Positions 40,809 through 51,037 of a stretch of DNA of 64,000 bases are shown here, one piece after another (positions within the stretch are counted from its first letter, which is position 1; each line of letters opens with the position of its first letter). The translations under genes and the position numbers were made by a program. Below the pieces are notes generated by a model, which saw only the letters and a list, made by a program, of their open reading frames with translations, did no database searches and was not told the origin of the DNA. The DNA comes from an uncultured delta proteobacterium (GTDB lineage: Bacteria > Myxococcota_A > Polyangia > Polyangiales > Polyangiaceae). The stretch covers positions 288,001 to 352,000 of the forward strand of contig CAWJCS010000002.1 of NCBI GenBank assembly GCA_963841435.1, written 5' to 3'.

Positions 40809-42773
40809 ATGCCCCCCCGACTTTTCTTCCTTCCCTCGTTCATTCGTGCGCTGAGCATCCCGGCGGGTGCTCTGGTCGCCTTGGCTCTGACTCCTGCCTG
40901 CGACAGCGCGCAGTCCGATTCCGACGACGGCGGCTCCGCGCCCGTGAGTGGCGCGGGTGGCGCTGGCGCGGGAGCGAGCGGTGGCGCCGGCGGGACTTCC
41001 GGTACCGGTGCTGGAACCGGTGCCAGCTCGGGAACGGGAGGCGCCAATCCGAGCGGCGGCTCCGGCGCCGGCGCCCCACCGACTGGTGGGAGCGCGGGCA
41101 TTGGTACGGGCGGCGTGGGCGGTGTCGGTTCGGGCGGAACGGCCGGCGATGCGGGCTCTTCGAGCGGCGGCGTACCGCCGATGGCCATGTGCCTGGGGAG
41201 CTTCGAGAGCGTTGCCGTGAACGGCATGCAGAACACCGTGACGGTCGACAGCCAGACTATGAAGGGCGACCTGCCGCACTTCTGGGACACGTTCGGCACG
41301 GGGCACCTCGGCCTGTTCTTGCGTGACGACCGCGGCTGGGGGCAGACCCTGAAAGATCACGTCGTGGACGGCGTCAAGAACCTCGGCTTGCGGAGCCTCC
41401 GGGAGCACGGGCTTTTCCACGACGACATCGGCATCTATCACGAAGAGAACGGCAACCCCGTCTACGACTTCACGAAGTCGGATCAGATCTTCGACTTCTT
41501 GGTGGAGCAGGGTGTGGAGCCCATCGTCGAGCTCGCTCCGATGCCGCACGACCTCGCGGCGGATCCGAACAGGACCGTGTTCGACTGGAACATGATCGTC
41601 TCGCCGCCCAAGGACTTCGCGCGTTGGCAGGAGCTCGTCTACCAGTTCGTGCAACACAGCATCGACCGCTACGGCGTGGACGTGGTCGATAGCTGGTATT
41701 TCGAGGTCTGGAACGAGCCCGAGTGTTGCCAGGGCAAGTTCTGGTCCGGAACCATCGATCAGTACTTCGAACTCTACGATCACACGGCGGCCGGTGTGCG
41801 GCGCGCGCTGCCGGCGGGTCGCGTCGGCGGTCCCGTCAACAGCCAGCCCGTCGAGCTGACGGCGAACTCGATGCTCGGCCAGCGCTTCCTCGACCACGTC
41901 ACCACGACCAACTACATCACCCCCGGCCAGCCCGGCATCCTCGACTTCTTCTCGTACCACAGCTGGAGCTTCATCGACGGCTCGGTGAACGGCTACTTCC
42001 AGGGGCTCGATCTGCTCGACAGCTACGACAAGCAGAACGTCAGCATCGCGATCACGGAGTTTGGCCCCACCTACGAGTTCGGCCTCACCGACGAGCCGCA
42101 GGAGATGGACCAGGGCGCGGCCTTCGCCGTGCAGACCTATTCGGACATCGTTCAGCGTTGCACGAAGGACAACCGGCGCCTGCCCATCGCCTACTCGTGG
42201 TGGATCCTTTCGGACATCTTCGAGGAGGGGATGTATCGCGAGAATGACCCATTCATCGGCTGCATGGGTCTCACGAGCCGCGAGAACATCCACAAGCCGG
42301 TCTACAACGCGTACAAGTTCCTCGCGCAGCTCGGCACCCAGCAGGTCGCGTTCACCCTCAGCGGCGCCGCGGGCATCGGCGGGATGGCCGCGCGTAGCGC
42401 CGATGGCGGCGTCCAGCTCATCATCTACAACGGGCAGAGCCCGGGCCGAGGCCCCACCGACGACAGGTATTACACCGTGGCCGACGCGCAGTCGTTCGGC
42501 GTCACGGTATCGGGCCTCGATCCGGCGTTCCCGTACGACGTCACCGCGTACCGAGTCGATCACACCGTTGGCAACGCCTACGCCGCCTGGCAGGGCCTCG
42601 GCCGCCCCAACATGACCGCGATGACCGACGCGAACTGGCAAGCCCTGCGCGACGCGATGGATTCCCCCGCGGAGCCCGTCGCGCGCTCGCTGTGTGGAAC
42701 GACGTTCACGTATTCGTCCCAGCTTCAGTCACCTGGCGTGCTGTTCGTCAAGCTCGCGCCCGCAGCGCCCTGA
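40809..42773 (+). CDS. GH39 beta-xylosidase-like lipoprotein
   Basis: RBS GAGGAG, lipobox TPAC, Gly stalk. LREHGLFHDD, IVELAPMP, FEVWNEP, ITEFG, SWWILSDIFEE, KPVYNAY. Confidence 0.88.
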   Translation: MPPRLFFLPSFIRALSIPAGALVALALTPACDSAQSDSDDGGSAPVSGAGGAGAGASGGAGGTSGTGAGTGASSGTGGANPSGGSGAGAPPTGGSAGIGTGGVGGVGSGGTAGDAGSSSGGVPPMAMCLGSFESVAVNGMQNTVTVDSQTMKGDLPHFWDTFGTGHLGLFLRDDRGWGQTLKDHVVDGVKNLGLRSLREHGLFHDDIGIYHEENGNPVYDFTKSDQIFDFLVEQGVEPIVELAPMPHDLAADPNRTVFDWNMIVSPPKDFARWQELVYQFVQHSIDRYGVDVVDSWYFEVWNEPECCQGKFWSGTIDQYFELYDHTAAGVRRALPAGRVGGPVNSQPVELTANSMLGQRFLDHVTTTNYITPGQPGILDFFSYHSWSFIDGSVNGYFQGLDLLDSYDKQNVSIAITEFGPTYEFGLTDEPQEMDQGAAFAVQTYSDIVQRCTKDNRRLPIAYSWWILSDIFEEGMYRENDPFIGCMGLTSRENIHKPVYNAYKFLAQLGTQQVAFTLSGAAGIGGMAARSADGGVQLIIYNGQSPGRGPTDDRYYTVADAQSFGVTVSGLDPAFPYDVTAYRVDHTVGNAYAAWQGLGRPNMTAMTDANWQALRDAMDSPAEPVARSLCGTTFTYSSQLQSPGVLFVKLAPAAP

Positions 42774-42928
42774 GGGCCGCGTCGGCGAGCCGTACCGACC
42801 GAAGGACGAGCGGCCTATTTTCAATACGCTTGCGCGTTCGACACCTCGGAATGGGCGCCAGTTTCGTCCAGGGCATCGTTCCCACGGTGTGGTGTGATGA
42901 GCTCGGCGAATCGCGGGAATAACGAACG

Positions 42929-44722
42929 ATGCACGTCTCCTTGCTGAACAGGGCCCTCCTCTCGACCGCTTGCATCGGCCTCGGGCTTTCCTTGGCTGCG
43001 TGCAGCTCGTCCCAAACCGGTGACGACTCACCCGCGGGACAGGGCGGTTCTGGCGGCACCGGTGCTGGAGCCACCGGTGGCGGCGCGGGTGTTGGTGCGG
43101 GCGGCACCGCCGGCGTGGTCCAGAGCGGGGGCACGAGCGGAACCGCGGCGGGTGGAACCGGCGGTGGCGCCGGTAGCGGTGCCTCGGGCGGCAACGCGGG
43201 CCTCGGCGCTGGCGGTGCGCAGGGCGGCAGCGCGGGCAGCGCGGCGGTGGGTGGCACGGGCGGCTCCGACGGCGGAGCCGGCGCGATGGCCGGCTCGGGC
43301 GGGGTGGGCGGCGAAGGCGCGACGGCCGGCGCCGGCGCCATGGCGGGCACGGGCGCCGGAGGCAGCGGCGGCTCCGCGGGCGCTCCTCCGATCGACGAGC
43401 CCGAGCTCGTCACCTCGGCGCAAGGCAACTACTGGAAGGAGGGAACGCTCACGGAGGTGCAGAGCGGCAACGCCAACGTCACCGTGAACGACGCCACCGC
43501 CTACCAGACGTGGGACGGCTTCGGCGGCACGTTCAACGAGGTCGGGTGGGACGTGCTTTCTCTGCTCACCGCCGCCGACCGCGACAAGGCGATGAACCTG
43601 CTCTTCGGCCTCGACGGCGCGCGCTTCGCCTTCGGCCGCGTGCCGATCGGCGCGAGCGACTATGCCCTCACCCGCTACACGCTCGACGAGACCGCCAACG
43701 ACTACACGATGGCGTCGTTCTCGATCGACCACGACAAGCAGGGCCTGATTCCGTACATCCAGGCGGCGCTCGCGATCAAGCCCGACATTCGCCTGTGGGC
43801 GAGCCCGTGGACCCCCCCCACGTGGATGAAGGACAACAACGCCTTCGATGGCGGCAACATGGTGGACAACGCCATGAACCTGCAGGCGCACGCCCTCTAC
43901 CTTGCGAAGTTCGTCGAGGAGTACGCAGCGGTTGGCATCGAGATCGAGGCGATCCACCCGCAGAACGAGCCCGGCTACGAAACACGTTACCCGAGCTGCC
44001 TGTGGACCGCCGCGCTCATGACCAAGTTCATCCGCGACTACCTCGGTCCCACGTTCAGGGACCGCAGCGTTCCGGCGCAGATCTTCCTCGGGACCATGTC
44101 CAACGCGGACGCCGGCAAGGACGGCACGATCATCAGCACCGTGACGGCCGACTCCGCCGCGATGGCGTTCGTGAAAGGCTTTGGCCTGCAGTGGAACATG
44201 ATCAGCAGCGTGTCAGGACTGAAGTCCCGGAATCTTCCCATCGTGCAATCCGAGCACAAGTGCGGCAACTACCCGTGGGAAACGGCGACGTTCAACGCGA
44301 GCACTGCCCCCAACGACTACGCCTACGGCGTCGAGAGCTGGGGGCTCATCCGCGACTGGCTCAACGCGGGCGTCACCTCCTACAGCGCCTGGAACATGGT
44401 GCTCGACAAGGACGGCAAGAACTCGGACATGACGCGCCCGTGGCCGCAAAACGCGCTACTCATCGTCGATAAGGCCGCGAAGACGCTGACGGTGACGCCG
44501 GCGTATTACGTCTTCCGGCACGTCTCGGAGTTCGCCGACGCTGGCGCCAAGCGCATCGCCACCACGGGCGGCGACGCGCTCGCCTTCAAGAACGCCGACG
44601 GCTCGCTCGTCGCGGTGCTCTACAACTCCGGCGCAGCGAAGCCGGTCATCGTGTCGATCGGCGGCAAGAAGGTGCAGTTCGACATGCCGAGCAACGGCTT
44701 TGCCACCGTCAACGTGAAGTAA
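42929..44722 (+). CDS. GH30 glycoside hydrolase lipoprotein
   Basis: Lipobox LAAC, Gly stalk, GFGGTFNE, GRVPIGASDY, WASPWTPP, QNEPGY, QSEHKCG, WNMVLD. Confidence 0.9.
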   Translation: MHVSLLNRALLSTACIGLGLSLAACSSSQTGDDSPAGQGGSGGTGAGATGGGAGVGAGGTAGVVQSGGTSGTAAGGTGGGAGSGASGGNAGLGAGGAQGGSAGSAAVGGTGGSDGGAGAMAGSGGVGGEGATAGAGAMAGTGAGGSGGSAGAPPIDEPELVTSAQGNYWKEGTLTEVQSGNANVTVNDATAYQTWDGFGGTFNEVGWDVLSLLTAADRDKAMNLLFGLDGARFAFGRVPIGASDYALTRYTLDETANDYTMASFSIDHDKQGLIPYIQAALAIKPDIRLWASPWTPPTWMKDNNAFDGGNMVDNAMNLQAHALYLAKFVEEYAAVGIEIEAIHPQNEPGYETRYPSCLWTAALMTKFIRDYLGPTFRDRSVPAQIFLGTMSNADAGKDGTIISTVTADSAAMAFVKGFGLQWNMISSVSGLKSRNLPIVQSEHKCGNYPWETATFNASTAPNDYAYGVESWGLIRDWLNAGVTSYSAWNMVLDKDGKNSDMTRPWPQNALLIVDKAAKTLTVTPAYYVFRHVSEFADAGAKRIATTGGDALAFKNADGSLVAVLYNSGAAKPVIVSIGGKKVQFDMPSNGFATVNVK

Positions 44723-44931
44723 ACGACGAAGCCCGGGAGCCGGCTCGAGCACCGGACTGTGCGCTGGCGCCGGCTGCGAGGACCTCCAGGCTGCGCGCAC
44801 GAGTCCGGCGCGGTCGATGCGGCAAGCCTCCAAGATTCCAGTGAGGGGTGCGCGAAACCGTGACGGCCGTCGTGCCGGTATGGATACGGTACTCTTGGAG
44901 AGCGCGGGCAAAGCGGCCTCGCGGAAAGACG

Positions 44932-46674
44932 ATGACCGAAGGGCTCCTTTCGACGACCGGCGTGGTGCTCGCCACCTTGGTCCTCGCCTGCAGCGAGGGC
45001 TCGTCGAGCTCCATTTCGTCCACGGGAGGGGCCGGAACGTTTGCGAGCGGCGCAGGACCCACGGCGGGGGGGGCGAGCGGCAGCGGTGCTGGTGCTCTAC
45101 CGGGTGGCGCGGGCGGCGCTCTTTCGGGCGCGTCCGGCGGCGCTGGAGTGGCTGCCGGCACGGGGGCGACGAGCGGCGATGGCGCGATGGGCGGCGTGGG
45201 GGGAGCCCTCGCCGGGAGCGGCGGCGATCAGGGTGGCGCGGGGCAGGGCGGCGCCGCCGCGGGGAACGGCGGCGGCGGTGCAGCCGGCGCGTCGGGAGCC
45301 GCAGGGACGGGCGGAGCACGTCCGACCGTCACCGCAGAGCCGGGGACGACGCTCGTCAAGGTGGACACCTCCCTTCGTCACCAGACCTTCGAGGGCTGGG
45401 GCACGAGCCTTTGCTGGTGGGCGAACCACGTGGGCGGCTGGAGCGCGACCGCACGCAATGCCGTCGTGGACTCGCTCGTCGATCCCGTCGCAGGCCTCGG
45501 CTACAACGTCTTTCGCTACAACATCGGCGGCGGCGAGAACCCGGCGCACGACCACATGGGGCAGTACAGGGACATGCCCGGGTTCGAGCCGTCGGCGGGG
45601 ACCTGGAACTTCGACGCCGACGCGAATCAGCGCGCCATCTTGCTCGGCATCGTCGAGCGCGGCAGCGACTTGATCCTCGAGGCGTTCTCCAACTCGCCCC
45701 CTTACTGGATGACGAAGAGCGGCTGCGCCTCCGGAAACACCGACGGCTCGAACAACCTGAAGGACGATGCCTACGACGATTTTGCCGACTACCTGACCGA
45801 GGTCGTCAAGCACTACCGAGACACGTTCGGCATCACGTTCCGCACGCTCGAGCCGCTCAACGAGCCCAATGCCAGCTGGTGGACGGCCAACGGGGGCCAG
45901 GAGGGCTGCCATTTCTCCCCGTCGAACCAGCAGGCGATCATCGAGGCGGTCGCCCAGAGCCTGGCGGCGAAAGGGCTCGACGAGACCAGTGTGAGCGCGT
46001 CCGACGAGAACAGCATCGACGACGCCTACAACAACATGCGCGGTTTCGACGCGACGACCCTCGCCGCGATGACGCAGATGAACACGCATTCCTACTCTGG
46101 TAGCCGGCGCAGCGACCTCCGCACGCTCGCCACGAGTAAGGGAATGCGTCTCTGGCAGTCGGAGTCGGGGCCGCTCAACCAGACGCTGGCCGACGACACG
46201 GAGGCGGCCGTGTTCATGGCGGGGCGCATCATCAGCGATCTCCGGGAGCTCGAGGCCGATGCCTGGGTTGACTGGCAATCGGGCGATCCCAGCCGGAACT
46301 GGGCGAGCTTCTCGCTGAACGACAATCAGCAATCGCTAAGCCCGCTCAAGCGCTTCTACATGCACGCTGGGTTCAGTCGCTACATCCGGCCTGGGGCCGT
46401 CTTCGTTAACGTGAACGACGCCAACATGGTGGCTGCCGTGAGCCCCGATGGCCACTCCCTCGCCGTCGTGGTGCGAAACGGCGATACCTCGGCGAGCCAC
46501 GGCTACACGTTCGATCTCACGGCCCTTCCCAGCGTGGGCGGGATCGCCGAGGCGTTCCGTACGTCACGCAGCGAGAATCTGGCAGCGCTGGAGGCCGTTC
46601 CGATCGAGGGCTACAGCTTCGTGGTGACCGTCCCCGCGTCTTCGATCACCACGTTCATCCTAGCGATGCCGTGA
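44932..46674 (+). CDS. GH30 lipoprotein resembling endo-beta-1,6-galactanases
   Basis: Lipobox VLAC. EGWGTSLCWWA, RYNIGGG, EAFSNSPPYWMT, PLNEP, QEGCHF, NTHSY, WQSE. Start uncertain. Confidence 0.8.
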   Translation: MTEGLLSTTGVVLATLVLACSEGSSSSISSTGGAGTFASGAGPTAGGASGSGAGALPGGAGGALSGASGGAGVAAGTGATSGDGAMGGVGGALAGSGGDQGGAGQGGAAAGNGGGGAAGASGAAGTGGARPTVTAEPGTTLVKVDTSLRHQTFEGWGTSLCWWANHVGGWSATARNAVVDSLVDPVAGLGYNVFRYNIGGGENPAHDHMGQYRDMPGFEPSAGTWNFDADANQRAILLGIVERGSDLILEAFSNSPPYWMTKSGCASGNTDGSNNLKDDAYDDFADYLTEVVKHYRDTFGITFRTLEPLNEPNASWWTANGGQEGCHFSPSNQQAIIEAVAQSLAAKGLDETSVSASDENSIDDAYNNMRGFDATTLAAMTQMNTHSYSGSRRSDLRTLATSKGMRLWQSESGPLNQTLADDTEAAVFMAGRIISDLRELEADAWVDWQSGDPSRNWASFSLNDNQQSLSPLKRFYMHAGFSRYIRPGAVFVNVNDANMVAAVSPDGHSLAVVVRNGDTSASHGYTFDLTALPSVGGIAEAFRTSRSENLAALEAVPIEGYSFVVTVPASSITTFILAMP

Positions 46675-46993
46675 CGGTGGTCTCGCGCCCGATTTGACAG
46701 CGAGCCGCCGCTCGGGCCCCTTTGGGTTCGGGGCCCTCGCTCGTCGTCGAGCCCTTCCCTGGGCCCTCGCCAGCAGACGGTCGTCGCCCATTTCGCACCT
46801 TTCGATTTGCCTTCGCGTCGCGGAGGGGCGGGTCGCTGGTCGCCCGCTCGGGGAGGCGCGCAGGCCGACGTCCGGCCCGTGAGGCTCGAACCTTTCAAAA
46901 TCGTGCGTTGGGTTTTGAGTTTTGACCACTTTGCAGGCCGGTTTTTCGCGGGTTTGGCCCGGGAGATCAAGCTAGGCTGCGCCGGGAATTGTC

Positions 46994-48772
46994 ATGACCA
47001 TGAAGCCAGCACGTCTCTCGCTCACCGGCATTGCAATTGTGCTGCTCGCCGCGGCCTGCTCGCTCGAGGGAGCCGACGGTCAGGGCGCCGGAGGCACGGG
47101 CGGCACGGGCGCCACGGGCGCCACGGGTAGCGGTGGCACGAGCGGCACCGGCGTGGGCGGCACGAGCGGCACGGGCGCGGGCACCGGGGGCGTGAGCGGC
47201 GTCGGCGGCGTGGGCGGCAGCGCGGGCACCACGGGCGGCATCGGCGCAGGTGGTGGCGCCGGCGTTACCGGCGGCGGCGCGGGCGTCTCCGGCGCGGGAG
47301 GCACCGCGGGCGACACGGGGCCCGGCGGTACCGCCGGCATCGACGGCGGCGCCGCGGGCATGAGCGGCGGCACGGCCGGCGTGGACCCGGGAGGCGCGAG
47401 CGGCACGGCCGGCTCCGGCGCGGGCAGCGCGGGCGCAAACGGCGGCACGGGCTCGACCGACGTGACGGTGCAGCTCGGCATGACCCATCAGACCATCGAC
47501 GGGTTTGGCATCAACAATACGTACGCGACCGAGAGCATGTCGGCCACGGTGGCGGACCACCTCTTCACGACGACCGGCACGGGTCTCGGCATGTCCATCC
47601 TGCGCATCGGCATGGGCTCGAATGGCGACTACGCGACCGCGAGCGTCTCGGGCGACACGCAGATGGCGAAGAGCCGCGGTGCCAAGATCATCGGCTCCAC
47701 GTGGAGCCCACCCGCCTCCTACAAGACCAACAACAGCGAGAATGACGGCGGGCACGTCAAGCCCGCCAACTACGAGCAGTGGGCGACGACCATCACGAAT
47801 TTCGCGAAGAACAACGGCCTTTACGCCATGTCGATCGGCAACGAGCCCGACTTTGCGTCGTGTGGCAGCGCGGAGCCGTGCAACGGCAACTATGCGACGA
47901 CCCTCTACACGGCCAACGAGCTCGTTGCCTTCATCAAGGTGGTAGGGCCGAAGCTCCAGGCGGCGGGCGTCAAGGTCATCGCGCCGGAAGCATCCGAGTG
48001 GATCCACAACTGGAGCAACGAGTCGGCGTGCTGTTCGGAAAACGGCAACAAGCAGAGCTCGGACCCGCTGAAGTGCGGGTTCCCGCCATCCAACGCCGCC
48101 TGCAACACTGGTGACGGCTACGACTACGGCCACTACCTCTACGCCGACAAGGCCGCCTGGGCGGCGCTCGATATCATGGGCGTGCACGAGTACGACACGC
48201 AGCATGCGGAGCCCTGGCCGGCCGACGTTCCGGAGAGGAAGCCTATCTGGCAGACCGAGATGTCCGGCGTGAAGTGGTGGCCGGAACAGGGGCCGAGCGC
48301 GACCATTCAGAACGGCGTTGCCGTCGCAGAATGGATCCACAGCGCGCTCACGGTCGGCGACGCGTCAGGCTGGCTCTACTGGTGGTACAAGGCCTACTAC
48401 ACGGACGACAACGAGGGCTTGCTGCTCAAGAACGGCAACGACACCAAGCGTCACTGGACGTTCGGCAACTACAGCAAGTTCGTGCGGCCGGGCTACGTGC
48501 GCGTGGACATCACGGGAGCCATTCCCACGGGCGTCCTGCTCTCTGCGTTCAAGGGCACCGACGGCACCGTCGTCGTCGTGGCCATCAACAAGGGGAGCGC
48601 GGCGGCCAGCGTGCCGATCACGATCGCCGGCGGAACGGCGCCGGCCATGATGACGCCGTGGGTCACTTCGGCGGCCGACAACCTCATCTCCAAGACGGCC
48701 GTCGCAGTGACCGGCGGCATCCTCACCGCTGATCTTCCCAGCATGACCGTCACGACGTTCGTCGGCAAATAG
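46994..48772 (+). CDS. GH30 lipoprotein resembling glucuronoxylanases (GH30_8-like)
   Basis: Lipobox AAAC. QTIDGFG, GLGMSILRI, WSPPASYKTN, GNEPD, WQTE, YSKFVRPGYVRV. Confidence 0.82.
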   Translation: MTMKPARLSLTGIAIVLLAAACSLEGADGQGAGGTGGTGATGATGSGGTSGTGVGGTSGTGAGTGGVSGVGGVGGSAGTTGGIGAGGGAGVTGGGAGVSGAGGTAGDTGPGGTAGIDGGAAGMSGGTAGVDPGGASGTAGSGAGSAGANGGTGSTDVTVQLGMTHQTIDGFGINNTYATESMSATVADHLFTTTGTGLGMSILRIGMGSNGDYATASVSGDTQMAKSRGAKIIGSTWSPPASYKTNNSENDGGHVKPANYEQWATTITNFAKNNGLYAMSIGNEPDFASCGSAEPCNGNYATTLYTANELVAFIKVVGPKLQAAGVKVIAPEASEWIHNWSNESACCSENGNKQSSDPLKCGFPPSNAACNTGDGYDYGHYLYADKAAWAALDIMGVHEYDTQHAEPWPADVPERKPIWQTEMSGVKWWPEQGPSATIQNGVAVAEWIHSALTVGDASGWLYWWYKAYYTDDNEGLLLKNGNDTKRHWTFGNYSKFVRPGYVRVDITGAIPTGVLLSAFKGTDGTVVVVAINKGSAAASVPITIAGGTAPAMMTPWVTSAADNLISKTAVAVTGGILTADLPSMTVTTFVGK

Positions 48773-48863
48773 CATGGCGATGGCTGCTCCAAGGTACTGA
48801 TCACGACGGAGCACCGCTCCGGGCGTTCGTTCTTCGCTGGGAGTGAATCACTCGAATAGGCAC

Positions 48864-50729
48864 ATGACGATGACCATGAATTTCACACGCAGCTCACTCA
48901 CGGCAATCAGTCTTGCTCTCCTCATCGGGGCCTGCTCGAGCTCGGGCGACGACGGTGGTGGAACCGGCGGCAGTCCGCCTGGCACTGGCGGCGTCGGCGT
49001 TGGCGGTAGCGCCGGGCTTGCGAGCGGCGGCACGTCGGGCGCCTCGGCGGCAGCCGGCGGCGTTGGCGGTACGGCGGGTAGCGTCACCGGCGGAGCCGCG
49101 GGCAGCCTCGCGGGCGTTGGCGGCGGCGCGGGAACGCTGGCCGGCGGTGCAGCAGGAAGCGCCGGCCTGAGCGGCGGCGTGGGCGGAGCGGTCGGGGGTG
49201 CGAGCGGCGACGCCGGCACCGGTGGTGTCACCGGGGGTTCGGCGGGTGATGCGGGCTCGGCAGGAGTGTCCGGCACGGCCGGCGACGCAGGCAGCGCTGG
49301 CGCCGCTGGTGCGCCGGTCATGTTGCCTCCGCTCGTCACCTCGGCGTCCGGTGCTTACTGGAAGACGGACGGCATGCTCACGGAGTCGACCGCCAACGCC
49401 ACCGTCACGGTCAACGACACACAGGCAGCGCAGAAGTGGGACGGCTTCGGCGGCGCGTTCAACGAGCTCGGCTGGAGCTTCCTCAGCTCCGCCACGCTCC
49501 AGACTCAGGCCCTGACGTTGCTCTTCAGTGCCACCGACGGTGCGAACCTCGCGTGGGGACGCATCCCGATGGGCGCGAGCGACTACGCCATGAGTCGCTA
49601 CAGTTGTCTGGACCCCGCGGGAGCCGACCCCACGCCCGACGGCACCGAGTCGAATCGGCCTGCCGCGGGGGCGTTCACGCTCACCCGGGACGGCGAGAAG
49701 CTCATCCCGTACGTCAAGGCCGCACTGGCGATAAAGCCCGACATTCACTTCTGGGCGAGCCCCTGGACGCCCCCGGTGTCGATGAAGACCGGATACAAGA
49801 AGAACAGCGGCGCCGACAGCAGCCAGAACGCCAAGAAGCCGTCGTACTACGACGGCGGCAACATGAAGAGCGACACGGCGACGCTCACGGCGTACGCCGA
49901 CTACTTCACGAAGTTCGTTCAAGGCTACAAAGACCAGGGCATCAACATCGAGATCGTGTCCCCGCAAAACGAGCCGGGCTACGACCAGAACTACCCGTCA
50001 TGCTTGTGGGATGGTTCCACGTACGCGACCTTCATCGCTCAGTACCTTGGCCCGGCGATGCAGACCCTCGGCGTGAAGGTCATGCTCGGCACGCTGTCGA
50101 ATGACCAGACGGATTTCACCGTGGCCTCGACCGCGCTTGCCAACGCCACGGCGAAGGGCTTTCTGGCCGTCATCGGCGCGCAGTGGAACACGCTGAATCA
50201 GTCCAAGCTGGCCGCTCTCAACGCCAACCTCCCGGTTTGGGCTACCGAGCACAAGTGCGGCAACTACCCGTGGAATCCCTCCGGCTATCCAACCTACAAC
50301 AGCGCGCAGGCTCCCAACGACCAGGCCTATGCCGTGGAGAGCTGGGGTTACATCCGCGACGCGATCAAGACCGTCAAGGTAACGTCGTACAACGCCTGGA
50401 ACATGGTGCTGGACAAGAGCGGCTTGGGCATCGACACGACTCGCGATTGGAAACAGAACGCTCTCTTGGTGGCGAACGGCGGGACGGTGAGCCCGACTCC
50501 GTTCTACTACGTGTTCCGCCACCTCTCGCAGTACGTGACGCCGGGCGCCATGGTGGTCGGCACGAGCGGGGGCGACGCGCTCGCCTTCAAGAACCCAGAC
50601 GGCAGCCTCGTGGCCGTGATGTACAACAGCGGCGCGGCCAACAACGCCTACGTCGTCGCCATCGGCGGCAAGAAGTTCCAGTTCGCCATGCCGGGCTCCG
50701 GCTGGGCAACCGTGATGTACAAGCCGTAG
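48864..50729 (+). CDS. GH30 glycoside hydrolase lipoprotein
   Basis: Lipobox IGAC, Gly stalk, GFGGAFNE, GRIPMGASDY, WASPWTPP, QNEPGY, WATEHKCG. Two loop insertions relative to the paralogs. Confidence 0.9.
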   Translation: MTMTMNFTRSSLTAISLALLIGACSSSGDDGGGTGGSPPGTGGVGVGGSAGLASGGTSGASAAAGGVGGTAGSVTGGAAGSLAGVGGGAGTLAGGAAGSAGLSGGVGGAVGGASGDAGTGGVTGGSAGDAGSAGVSGTAGDAGSAGAAGAPVMLPPLVTSASGAYWKTDGMLTESTANATVTVNDTQAAQKWDGFGGAFNELGWSFLSSATLQTQALTLLFSATDGANLAWGRIPMGASDYAMSRYSCLDPAGADPTPDGTESNRPAAGAFTLTRDGEKLIPYVKAALAIKPDIHFWASPWTPPVSMKTGYKKNSGADSSQNAKKPSYYDGGNMKSDTATLTAYADYFTKFVQGYKDQGINIEIVSPQNEPGYDQNYPSCLWDGSTYATFIAQYLGPAMQTLGVKVMLGTLSNDQTDFTVASTALANATAKGFLAVIGAQWNTLNQSKLAALNANLPVWATEHKCGNYPWNPSGYPTYNSAQAPNDQAYAVESWGYIRDAIKTVKVTSYNAWNMVLDKSGLGIDTTRDWKQNALLVANGGTVSPTPFYYVFRHLSQYVTPGAMVVGTSGGDALAFKNPDGSLVAVMYNSGAANNAYVVAIGGKKFQFAMPGSGWATVMYKP

Positions 50730-51037
50730 TGGGTGAGGCCCGCAGGCTCGCGCCTCGCTAGCCTGCGCGCACTCCATCGCGCCCTCGTCGGACGAGGCGT
50801 CGCGCGCTGCCATCCCCGCTGCGCTCGTTCGCCGTCGGCGCTCGACGCAATCCTCTGCTTGCGAAAAAGGGTGAGCTCGCCGGTCGGCGCTCGTGACGTT
50901 GGCGAGTGGTCTCGCGCGGTTCGTCAACCGCGGCAATTTCCGAGTCGCTTACAGCGAGGTGGCGTGTTTGCTGATGTGCGCATTGCCGGGTGGGTGATGA
51001 GTCGGGAGATTTGCGGGAATAACCCATCGGGATAGCG

